64,000 bases of DNA, taken from the NCBI GenBank assembly GCA_010093995.1, contig ML992516.1:371413-435412 (forward strand), in the 5' to 3' direction. The notes under the pieces are model-generated. The model ran no database searches and had not been told where the DNA came from. It was given only the letters and a program-made list of their open reading frames with translations. Positions 12,359 to 23,358 of this stretch are shown piece by piece. Numbering within the stretch: position 1 is the stretch's first letter; each line of letters begins with the position of its first letter. A program made the translations under genes and the position numbers. This DNA is from Elsinoe ampelina. Lineage: Eukaryota.

Positions 12359-13117
12359 ATGGAGCGCCAGTTCACACAGACGCACAATGTCCTGAGCAAT
12401 CCCTACTTGCTCGAAATGGTGCTGGTAGCACTACTCATGCGAGATCTCATGCGAGCCAGCCAAGTCTCCAAGGATTGGAACCGTCTTGTCAAGCGCTCGC
12501 ACCAATTGCAAAGGCAGCTTCTCCTCAGAGCTGATAAGTCCGATCAACAAGTCATCATCATGTTTGAACCCGAATCGTGCGGTCTGTGTTACGCTGCCTT
12601 GGTACTGCCGCCAGAATCGCTTCTGAACACATCTACAGAGACAAGTCGATCTCCCAATCCTATGTTCGTCACCGACTCCATCCCATCCTGCAACCCCGAA
12701 TACCACGATGAGTTGCTTCCCGAAGGAATCGCCTTCCACCAAATGATGAGATCCAGCGCCCCTGAGGCTTCTTGGCGACACATGTACATCTCTCAGCCGC
12801 CACCGCAAAGCGCCACCATCTCACTCTACTACAATGTCTGGAGTAGCTTCAAAATCGAAGCTCGATTCGAAGTGGTGGCTAAGGATGGCATTACCTTTGG
12901 TGATATCGCTGCTGAGTTCGCGGCTACATCGGAAGCTCAGGAGCTCGAGGAGTGGCTGAGAGATGAATCCTCCAATGACACACGAGACGATTTGAGGGAA
13001 ACCTTTCGCATTCTGGCCGACGACACGTATTTCCTCAATCCTTGGCTCATGGACATTGAAGGGGCAGAATGCGGTTGTGGGAGGCAGAATCGCTCCCAAC
13101 TGTCCAGGTATACGTAA
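12359..13117 (+). CDS. F-box domain protein (paralogue 2), intronless
   Basis: VLSNPYLLEMVLVALLMRDLMRASQVSKDWNRLVKRSHQLQRQLLL; ASWRHMYISQPP; DGITFGDI. Confidence 0.8.
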   Translation: MERQFTQTHNVLSNPYLLEMVLVALLMRDLMRASQVSKDWNRLVKRSHQLQRQLLLRADKSDQQVIIMFEPESCGLCYAALVLPPESLLNTSTETSRSPNPMFVTDSIPSCNPEYHDELLPEGIAFHQMMRSSAPEASWRHMYISQPPPQSATISLYYNVWSSFKIEARFEVVAKDGITFGDIAAEFAATSEAQELEEWLRDESSNDTRDDLRETFRILADDTYFLNPWLMDIEGAECGCGRQNRSQLSRYT

Positions 13118-13453
13118 TGAGGGTGTAGTGATATGGCAATGCGGGCGCATGGACCGATGGCTGAAAGTATGAGCTGCATGAAATGACGCGCAGCACGAGA
13201 TACTACGACAAGGCGATGACCCTGCGCGCGAAGCTCGGATTGACACGATCCAGAACACTGCCGAGTAGTTGTAGAAGGGGCTTAGTGCTTGAACGGCCTG
13301 CATGCGATTTATCCATGAAGATTATGATACTGATCTTTTTTCACGCAACGAAGAAGCCAATATGAAACAGAATGATGAAATGATTCTCCCAATCATACAT
13401 TCCGGTCATTGTCCAATTGCGCTTCCTTCACGAACCAAGCGTTGTCCTGTCTC

Positions 13454-14335
13454 TCATTGATTGTCCGGTGATGCATCTTGACTCTCGATGGACCATACCC
13501 CTCCCTCCCCAATGCGCCATACCGGTCTCTTTTGTCCCGCACAATCGTCACATTTTCCTTCTCCGAAGTGAGAGATTGGCGAATTGTCTCTGATTTCTGC
13601 AATCGGCTGGCCCCATCTTGACTCTTTCTCCTCTGCTAAGTCCTGGAGTTTCCTCAGACGATCCTCCATAGTTGTACCTTGCACGAGCCTTCTGCTTGGG
13701 GCAGAGCCTCCTTTCAAGCTTTCTTCCAAATCGGCTATCTCACTCAGGATGTTATTCTTCCTTCTCTCCCGATCCATCCGTAGCATGGCTCGTACCTGTC
13801 CAACCGTCGCTCTCGCTGGAACAGTCGATACTGCTGATCCCAGATAGCAAACAGATCCCAGAACCAGTCCTTCGGGGTTCGGCGGCTGGGTGAGAAACAT
13901 GTCATCGCAGCTGATTTTGCGCTCGTCGGAAATACGATCGAGAAAGAATGGATCCTTGAAGATGATGCCATGGGGACCTTTGGTGAAGATGCGTATGTCA
14001 TACTCGAGGCGCATCTGAGGCTTGAAATCTTCTTGATGGTAGTTGGAGAGGTGCCTCCCACAAACCATCTTCGGTGGCGTAATACCTTCGCGTGAAGGGG
14101 CGAAGTCCAGCTTCCTGTAGAATGTAGTGAGTTGCTGTTCTTCGAGCCAGAACTGTCGACGGATCGCGTGGAAAGAGAAGATCAGACGCTGCCATGATCG
14201 ATTGACGCGTTGAATGGAAGAGAAGTCGTGCGGTGAAACGTGAGACAAGATATTCGCGAGAAGATACGGATTCTCCAAGACCTTGTCTCGTGCTGCACCA
14301 ATTTCCACCGTGAGATCATCAGTATGCAACGCCAT
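13454..14335 (-). CDS. F-box domain protein (paralogue 3), intronless
   Basis: VLENPYLLANILSHVSPHDFSSIQRVNRSWQRLIFSFHAIRRQFWL; ISCDDMFLTQPP. Confidence 0.78.
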   Translation of the reverse strand: MALHTDDLTVEIGAARDKVLENPYLLANILSHVSPHDFSSIQRVNRSWQRLIFSFHAIRRQFWLEEQQLTTFYRKLDFAPSREGITPPKMVCGRHLSNYHQEDFKPQMRLEYDIRIFTKGPHGIIFKDPFFLDRISDERKISCDDMFLTQPPNPEGLVLGSVCYLGSAVSTVPARATVGQVRAMLRMDRERRKNNILSEIADLEESLKGGSAPSRRLVQGTTMEDRLRKLQDLAEEKESRWGQPIAEIRDNSPISHFGEGKCDDCAGQKRPVWRIGEGGVWSIESQDASPDNQ

Positions 14336-15110
14336 GATGGGTTGTAGCAGTTGATGTGAGTTGATGATGGTGTGATGGGCTGAGAAGTGCAGCCTAGCGT
14401 GGATGTGTCCAGGCTGGTCGACTGGAAGAGACGACGGGTACCGACCAGCAAAATGATATGGAGCTCATTCTGCCGCTAGCGGTGTCCAATGGGGGCGTCG
14501 TATCAGATGAGTGGCGGGAAGTGACGCGGGACAGCTGAGGCGACAGTACAAGAAGTGGCGAGTGACCTTGAGTGCCAACCTCGTTGATTTGATTTATCTG
14601 GCACCATATCAGCTGCTGTTCCTCTATCGAATATGCTTGTGATGGATATTAGTACTGAGACATTTCGTTTGCTGATGCTGGTATGCTGCATACATGGACC
14701 ATCGATCGTACTCTTGTCTCATGTTGGCCTCGTTGTGCTCTACTGCATTATTATCGTGTATCACCCACTTCCGTCGACATTCACAACATTGCCAGAATGA
14801 CTGATGATAGCATTTCATCCTCTACGTAGTCCTTGTAGTGGTCATGTTTGCCTAGCAAGGCCATAGTTGCAGATCTATGAAGCGGGGAGATCAGTGCTAA
14901 TCGTTCTACACCTTCCCTTCTTCCACCACACCGCGCATGAAATGCCATTTATCACCCTGTGGCTATCTTTTGACCATCAGACGTTCTCATATTGGGTTTA
15001 TCTCAACATCCTGGTCTATCTCAAGGAGCTGGACCTTCGCCACATTGTCATGTCCGATTTCTACCAGCCGCCAGGTCTTCTTCCATTCGATATCAGCATC
15101 CTCTTCACAC

Positions 15111-16247
15111 ATGCCTCGCCGGGGGCATGGAGGAGGTTTCAGCAAGTCTCAGCAAGGTAAGAAGCCAGCTCTGACACATTTCTTGTGTCTTCCGTTGGTC
15201 GATCAGAGCTCTAGACCAGAGCTTGAGGAGAGCCTAGGAAATTTCCGGCTCGAAGTCAGCGGTGGCAGTCATGGCGAGAGAGACACTCCACATGTACCTG
15301 CCGGTGCTATTAGGCCGGTAGGATCGATTCATCTGACTATTGGTGTCATGAGCCTAAAGGAAGAAGGACGAGTGGACGAAGCTGTCAGATATCTGCAGTC
15401 CTTGAACGCTGCGGCGCTCTTCGGTCAAGATGCGGCATCTCATACCTCGAAGGACGAGGACAAAGCACACAGCGCCGACGATATAGTCTCGAAAGGAGCT
15501 GAGATATCTACATTGTCTGTTCGGAGGACAGAACCGAACGATGACGGTCCACATACTTTAGCGAGATCGATCTCGCCGCCAATTATAGACAGAACAGCTC
15601 CTTTCGCGGCACTGGACGGCAGTGATACAAAGTCTATGGAGCGTTGTTCCTCAGGCTTGACAATCGATCTCATCTCTTTGCATCCGATGCAGTCTGCCAA
15701 AGCTACTACAATACTATACGCATCTCCCGCGGAACCAACCAACTGCCTCTACACCATCGCAAACAAGCTCCGCAAGCTATTTACAGATGCTGGCTTTCTC
15801 CTGCCAGACACCAGGCCACTCAAACTTCACGCCACAATAGTCAATACCATCTACGTCAAAGGTAGAGACCAGACTCCTGAAACAGGACCAGTGCCAGACA
15901 GTGTATCAGCAGCCGCAAAAGAACGATTACCATTTACGGACCCCTCTGCTTCTCCAGGGCCAACATCAAAGCTCGTCAAAGAGGACCATGGTACTCCTTC
16001 TGCTCGACCGCCACCGCACGAGCCTCCATCCTCAAGCAAGAAGCAGCATACCCGTCGTCTCCCTCCCCTGAAGCTGGACGCCCGCTCTCTGATCGAGATG
16101 TACAAGGATAACATCTGGGCACGCAACATCGTCATCGACCGCGTTGCTTTCTGCGAGATGGGTGCGAAGAACGTCTTGAACGACAATGGGGAGGTAGTGG
16201 ACCAGGTGTATCGGGAGGTGGCGAGTATACCTCTTCTGCCCAGATAA
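15111..16247 (+). CDS. AKAP7 / 2'-5' RNA ligase-like (2H phosphoesterase) domain protein, ASCC1-like
   Basis: LTHFLCLPL and two HxT motifs (IHLTIGVM, KLHATIVNT); ORF is open upstream to ATG 14937. Confidence 0.8.
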   Translation: MPRRGHGGGFSKSQQGKKPALTHFLCLPLVDQSSRPELEESLGNFRLEVSGGSHGERDTPHVPAGAIRPVGSIHLTIGVMSLKEEGRVDEAVRYLQSLNAAALFGQDAASHTSKDEDKAHSADDIVSKGAEISTLSVRRTEPNDDGPHTLARSISPPIIDRTAPFAALDGSDTKSMERCSSGLTIDLISLHPMQSAKATTILYASPAEPTNCLYTIANKLRKLFTDAGFLLPDTRPLKLHATIVNTIYVKGRDQTPETGPVPDSVSAAAKERLPFTDPSASPGPTSKLVKEDHGTPSARPPPHEPPSSSKKQHTRRLPPLKLDARSLIEMYKDNIWARNIVIDRVAFCEMGAKNVLNDNGEVVDQVYREVASIPLLPR

Positions 16248-16591
16248 ACCAGCAGCAGTAGAATAGCATTACAAAAGCATGCCCAGATTGATACGGCTTC
16301 CACAACGAATACGAAAAGACGACTGACGACAGATATGGGAGGTTAAAGTGTTCAACACTAGCATTACCAGATCCCCTCCCGCCTGGACCCTATCTCTTCG
16401 ACTATCATGTATATATGGTATCAGCATCGTATAAAAAGCGGCCTGTATACCAGGTCACGCCCTCTGTCATCCTCGTATCGTACATTATCAATCCATCCCC
16501 AAACCGCCTGCATCGAACACCTCCGTAGAAATAAACCCCTGCCGCCCTTTCCCTCCCATCACCATCCCCTTCCCCTTCACTCTTGACCCGA

Positions 16592-19488
16592 TCAGGCCTT
16601 CACAACCCCCAAACCCCTCTCCCCCACAAAGTCAAACGTCAACAACTCATCCGCCGTCGGCCTCTTCTCATGCTCAATCTCAAACGTACGCTCCAAAAAC
16701 GCCCTGACCTCCTTACTCGCCCCGGCCGGGATATCGGGCCTCGCTTCCCCACTGCCACCAATCTTGAAAATAGCCTGCAACTGCGTGCAGTTCGGATGCG
16801 GGTGGCTGCCCGTCATCATCTCCACGATCAAACACCCCAGAGACCAAATGTCTGCTTTGCGTGTGTAAGCAGTCTGCTTGACCACTTCGGGGGCCATCCA
16901 GAAGACGCTGCCTTGGAGGGAAACGCGGGGGCCACCGCGGCCCTTGACGCCGGCTGCGGCGGAGGAGGTGCGCAGGGTCGACTCGACGCGCTTGGAGATG
17001 CCGAAATCGGAGATCTTGACGCTGCCGTGGTTGTCGACGAGGATGTTGGCGCCTTTGATGTCGCGGTGGATGATGTCTTTGGAGTGCAGGTAGGCGAGAC
17101 CGGTCAGGATTTGGCGGACGAAGTTGGAGATGAGCGGTTCTGGGAGGGAACCGTAGTTGACGAGCATGGTGGCGACGGAGCCGCCGGCGACGTATTCAAG
17201 GAAAATGTTGAGGTGGGTATCGTCGCTGTTGGAGCCGAGGTATTGGACGATGTTGGGGTGTTTGAGTTCGCGGAGGAGGTCGATTTCGCGTTTGAGAGCT
17301 TCGACCATGTTGTTCTTCTTGGCGTCGAGGGAGGTGTTCATGGCTGACGAGGGCATCTCGACTTGTTTGAGGGCCATGAGTTCACCGGTGATGGCATGGA
17401 GGGCGAGGTAGACTGTGCCGAAGGAACCCTGACCGATCATGGCGCCCTTCATGTACTTGAGATTCTCCCAAGAGTCTTGCTCGAGATGCTCCATCAGCTC
17501 TTCATCAGACTCTTCGCTGTCTTCTGCGATGAAACGAGAAAGACGAGAGTTGAGGCTTTCGTCATCGTCCTTGTCCTTTTGTGAGTTGATAGCACCACTG
17601 TCGTCAAAGTAGGAACGCATCACGGTGTTTGCGTCAGTGGATGTAGCGATAGTGCTGTTGGCACCGTTCGAGTCCGAGCCACTGCCTTCACCAAATGAGA
17701 CATACGACTTGCGTGATGGCTCAAAGGCAGAGTCTTCGTTCAGGGGTTCGAGAACGGACGAAGCGACAGAGTCTCGGTAATCTGATTGCGGACGGCCGAG
17801 ACGCATGACGGACAATGGTCGAAGTGGCTTTTGACCTCCTCCGTTGAGCCAAGAGTCAGCAATAGTTGGAAGTGGCGGTGCATCCTTCATGCTGGAAGCA
17901 AAGCTGATGTTGCTGACTGTAGACATCCGACTGGCAGCACGACTGAGGCGCTGCGATCGCCGGATAGACATGCGGACAGTACGATCCATCTTGTCCTTCT
18001 CAACATCAGGGAAGTAGGACGTGAGATCCTGTGTGATTAATTCCGTAGGTGGACGTTGACCGTAGAAGTCCTTCAGCTTCCTCGCGCGGGCACTCGCCGT
18101 CGTCGATCCGCTGCCCTCTCGTTTGAGCGAGCTTTCAAAGTACGTCCGAGCCTTCACCTCAGAAGCGGGCGACATTGGGTAGCTGACGCTTGGGAGAGCC
18201 GAGAGGTCGGCTCCCAGCATCTGCTCGACCTTCAGCTGGCTCTTGGTCTTCTTCGGCTGAACTTCGATGGGTGGAGGTGAAGGAGGTTGATGCTGGGCAA
18301 GCTTGGCAGCAATACGCAGCTGCTCACCCTCGGGCTCTCCAGAATGAATTTTTCGTAGGATGAGTCGACCACGTTCGCTCCGGACACGGTTGTTGCATAT
18401 TTGAATGAGCTCGGAATCACCAAGCCGCCGGCAATGTGATGGATCCGGATCGAAGCCTTCGAGAATGTAGAAGCAGTAATTCTTGACGTACCACTCGTCA
18501 AGCCCACCCTTCTTTAGAGTCTTGTGGATGATCTGATCGACAGTACCGCATCCGCTGAGATTGACCACGGATGATTGGGCGTTATCGTAGATGACCCTGA
18601 TCAGTGGCTTGTCCGAGGGAAGTGCGGTGATGGATCCAGCAATATTGTCCAGACTTGGGCTACCCTTGATGTGTGCTGGAAATCTGGCAGTCTGAGGAGT
18701 TTCTGATGATAATGAGCCTTGCTTGGATCTCGAGCCGGTTGCAAAGTATGAATTCCCTTGTTCTCGTTTCGTCGACTCATGCGGGCTAGGTATCACATGC
18801 TTTTGCCGTCTATCACCATCGACCATAGGCGAGCTTGGTCTTGACGAACCACTTCCAGCAGCCAACTGTGATGGGTCAAAGTGTCTCGAAAGGCGTTTGT
18901 CTGCTCGCGATGTGGCGGGGTTGCGGGCAGAGTGCATAGCACGCGGTGATGCCGAAGACGGAGGAGTATGGGCAGTGCTATCGAGTATGGCCAGAGAATG
19001 TCTGTTGACAACACGTTTGGACGTCCTTCTTGCAGCTGAAGCACGGAAGAGTTTCGCCTGCGAATTTATCCTGACCCTGTCGCCAACCTTGTTCACTCCC
19101 AGCTCTTTCAATGTACTCTGGTCGAGGTCGATTAAATTTTCGCCATTAATATTGTGTTCTGAATGCATGTCAGCCTTGTCAAGAAGTGTTGTAGTATGTG
19201 CCGTACTTTGAAATAGCTCAACATATTGAGAACAATTGATGCTCTTCAACCAGTCGCCAACTCTGAGCTCGTCCCAGCTCCTGTATACTGTCAGCCTGAC
19301 ATAGTTTAACCTTGAGTGTATCCATACCTGACCGCGTCGGAGGTGTCATACGATTCCGAGAACTCCGACTCTGTCGGACTGGCAAAGACTCCTTGGGCAG
19401 CGACACCACCTAGAGCGGCAGCCCGGTACGCTCCATTGGAGTTACCCAGAGCTCCAGGGTATTGCGACCTTGACGCCAGCATAGCCAT
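16592..19488 (-). CDS. STE11: MAP kinase kinase kinase Ste11/SteC (SAM, Ras-association and kinase domains)
   Basis: SAM domain (WDELRVGDWLKSINCSQYVELF..LKELGVNKVGDRVRI), ERGRLILRKI, GQGSFG, HRDIKGAN, DFG, GSVFWMAPE; two short 5' introns. Confidence 0.95.
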
Positions 19489-20683
19489 GGTGACCAGCCT
19501 TGGAGTGGGAAGAGGAGTGAGAGGGTCGTCTCTCTGTTATGAACCCTCCTCGTTCGTCAATGTTGCGGTCAAGAATCAGCCATGCCGCCAGCGACCAGGA
19601 GAAGGTAGGTGGGGGGCAAACAAAGCTCCTGTCTAGAACTGGTTGTTTTGGGACGGCGTGACCAGTTCGTGTTGCACGAGGTGGGAAAGTTGAGTCAAAA
19701 TGGGCAATGGCGCAGCGCCCAGTCCGTGGTGGACAGGATGAACGAGGTTCGAAAGTGCAGAACGTATCGGAGGTCGTGTTCAGAGTGACGATTCAACGAC
19801 GGTGGGACTTGATGAGACAGGGTGAAACGTGCTATCGTTGGAGGCGTAGGGCGATCAAGGTTCGGCGCGCAGATAACGGTATGGAGAGAACGACAGGGAC
19901 GTCAAGGGTGAAAGAAGTGAAATGGTGATGCGAGTCCAGCAGGCGCCTGGCACAGCAAGGCCGTGGTGTGGTATTCAGCTGAATTTACTGGTTAAATGCG
20001 CGCCTCGAGGAAATGAAGCCTGGGGAGATGAATTGCCGCGCGCTCGAGTCTCTTCCAGTTTGCTTTGCTCTCATCAGACTCCCACACCAGGCGCGGAAGA
20101 AGAAAGCTTTTTGGCAGACTCAGGGTAGCAAAGGGCCAACCAATCCTTGGGTTGACTTGATCGAATGATTGGGTCAGCGAATTAAATGTGGGTTTTGCTT
20201 CGTTTCAGGCTTGGAAGCTCAGGGATCATGGCCGCGCCGTCGTTTCATTTACTGATCTTGGACAATCATTTTCGACACGAACGATGTGGATGACTGCCGT
20301 ATTGGGAGCATTACGAATAGGAGATGACATGTGTGAGGTCACAACCATCTATACCAGACTGATGAACATGGGAATATCGTGATGGGAGGGCTGTCAAGGA
20401 GGGAGCCTCACAGTCATATTGTGGCTATCTCTACGCACGCCTTGTTGGTGGATTCAGCGACTCCTCCTCACATAGGCCAGCTTAAGGCTGATCATTTCGT
20501 CACTCCAATTTATCCGCTACTTCTTCTCTCTCCCTCCACGATCAGGTAAGCAAGGCTGGACCTCGCAGTACGTGAGGGGGATGCGACAGAGTGAGTCAGG
20601 GATGCTCGTATGGCGCAATCAACAAATATGACAAGCATTGCATGTCGAAGCTGTTGCAGTGATAGCCATACTGCCATAGCTTT

Positions 20684-20707
20684 CAGGAACAGGAACAGGA
20701 ACAGGAA
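20684..20707. repeat. (CAGGAA)4 microsatellite
   Basis: Four perfect hexamer copies in intergenic DNA. Confidence 0.85.
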
Positions 20708-23358
20708 CAGCAGGAGCAAAAGTACGGATGGTGGTCAACGCCATACGGACAGTCATAGCTCAGAGGAGCTCGCAAGAGTGACCCGCTTGTGAACGAACTG
20801 GTGAGGACGTTGAGGAGTGGAGGAACGCGTTGCAAGCGTACCTGACCAGCTGAGGTCAAGGCGTGCTAAGGCCATGAGTTTGTCAACGGGTTGTCTCTTG
20901 CTATTTTCAAAGTCCGTGGTCTTCAACGGTACGAGGTTTGGATTCATGTATGGACCTCTGAGCCTTATATCGCCTGATACAGCATATTTTGCTTGATTCA
21001 CAGGTATGTATGAGAGAGTTAAGCTGCTGGAAGACCGGCTCAATGGTGTGGATACTGGACGGTCTTACGGCACAGCCGGATATATCTACCGACGAACGGC
21101 ACAAGCAGGTGGAGTACTGTTGTGTGGCATTACCTGCACGTTGAATTTGAGCGAAGACGAATGTCTCAACTCACGCTCTCCGGAAAACCCTCCCTCGCCG
21201 ACAATGGCCGTCTTCGGTCAAATCGTACCGTCCTCGTTGGATCTGAGGCGGATGGATGGCGTGCGGTCGCTTCTATGTAATGGTCTTCTTCGCCATGCAA
21301 ATGGAAACCGTCAAAGAAACATCGCGTTATACCTGCTTTGTTCTGACAACCTGAATGATTGGCAATGAATCTCGCGCAGCCCGCAAATAAGTGGTTGCAC
21401 AAGCATGCTATTGTCGTGCATGACATTGTAACATGTAATGATCAATGTCATGATCAAGGAGGAATGCCAACTCCTGCCAGGCACGAGGTCAACTTGTGCT
21501 CCCCGCCATATATATCTTCAGATCTCCGCCAACGATGCGACCAATGACATGCTAACTTGAAAGTCCTGTGAGCTGCTTAGGCCGGCACTGCATCTGATCC
21601 GGTCCATGGAAAGAGGAGTATCTACCCGGATACAGAATCTGCCAGCGAAGCCATATGCAGCCGCACCGAGCCTCATGGTACACAACCAGCGTGGCAATGA
21701 GTACTTTGGTCAAGTCACTTCAACTTCCTAGTCGGACCGGCCTCTTGTATGCTACGCCGAGTGAACTCGGTGCCGAAGATGCAATCTATGATGCATATGC
21801 GAGTCTCTCACGCGAGCATCACATGGTCAAACATGTGGGATGTTTAATATGGATATTACGGTCACGGAAAACCTCAAATTTAACAATGTCGTTTTCCACA
21901 AGGTGACAAAGTCCTTTGCATGCCTCATCAGGACAGGCAGGTTGTCGGAGTTCGCCATTTTGCCTGGCATGTTTTGGTTTGTTGCCTGAAAACAAGCTCC
22001 ATAAGATCAAGGGCATGGGGTGACACATGACAGACCCTCTTTCATGCAACATCCATGCACGAGGTTACACACAGAAAGGTCTTGGTTGGTGCGGATGTAG
22101 CATCAAGGCTCGCCCCGAGTACAACCGCTGCCCCGATCCATCAACGTGGAGCGAAGCTACTGCAGCCAGGATATGCTTCCACTCTGTCGGATATAGAGAG
22201 GATTGGGACACATGCCTGTGAATCCTGCCAGGACGCGAGCTGGAGATGACAAGTCTGTACAATTTTCTAGACATGTGAAAAGTCGAAGACACGCCGAGGC
22301 GAGTGCCATTAATCAACAAAAAGTGTTCGAGAACACGGCGAGAATGGCGATCAGACGTTTCAAGGACGAACTGTAGCCCGGTCAAAGTGCTTGTGTCTTT
22401 TTGATGTGTCGTAAGAACCAACTCGCGACACCGGTATGAGGGGCAAAAGTGGGATAAACAACCCTTTCGTGTCGCTAGTCAAATGAGGGGTTTGTGTCTC
22501 CCTCTCTCGTGTCAATAGTCTCACGCGTTGCCAGCGTGTCCGAGTCGCACGAAACATGACAAGTTGACCAAGATGACAGCAGCCAGGTGAGTGGAAGGGA
22601 GTAATACAATCCCGCCGGACATGTGCAGCGGGCTGTTAGTGGCATGTAGTGGGCGTGGTGGGATGCCAAAGTTGGCTGGCCCTGGCAAGGAAGATCGTCA
22701 AAGATGGCCTTCTGTGTCGTTTCTGTGTCGTCTTCCGTCCTTTGACTTGGTCCGTGTCCTTCCCGATCGGTGACGTACTTTGTGCTAGTGGGGACGGGGG
22801 CAGAGGCAAGGTAAACTGAATTCAAGCATCCACCTGGTTATCCTGACAGAATAATGCTGCGCAAAACTCTCGTACAACACCACGTCGACTGAAACGCTCA
22901 TTGCCCTCACCTAGCACGCTCTCTCATTTCAATTCCTCCACTTTGCTCCCACTCAAACAACCACTGTCACCAAGATTTCATCTGCCGCCGGAACACAAGG
23001 CTGTGTCGTCAAAAGGCGCTGCGACGCCATCTTTGCCGTGTTTCGTTTGCCTGATTTACAACCATCCCACGACGAGAAACTCTCACACCCCTGACGGACT
23101 GGCGACTCCAAGGCGCGATCACATCCCACTGAGCGACGACAGCTTATCATTAGCCGACGGTCCGTCACTTTACTACTGTACCTCCCGTCCTGCGAACTCA
23201 TATATCTCTTTATCTGCGCTTGACTCCGGCTGCACGCAATTAAATCTAGGGCTGGCTGAATTACGACATCCTGGCAGCTTCGCAAGGCTATAGAGCCGTC
23301 TGACGGCCTCACGGCCGCTTGCAGACCCGGCCAACACCTGAACTATCACTGCGCAGTC

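Noticed and set aside
14624..14818. 64-aa minus-strand ORF with WQCCEC
   Set aside because: Short, no recognisable family, in-frame stop just upstream; cannot be distinguished from chance.
16583..17347. Long antisense ORFs (also 48156-49109, 35202-35753, 31964-32710)
   Set aside because: Shadow ORFs on the opposite strand of well-supported, codon-biased genes.
16592..19488. Mating-type locus around STE11
   Set aside because: No alpha-box/HMG gene, APN2 or SLA2 recognised in the window.
19489..23358. Short ORFs in the 3.9-kb divergent intergenic region, including a possible gene relic at ~20750-21370
   Set aside because: No domain motifs and frequent stops in all frames; more simply read as long promoter/UTR DNA.
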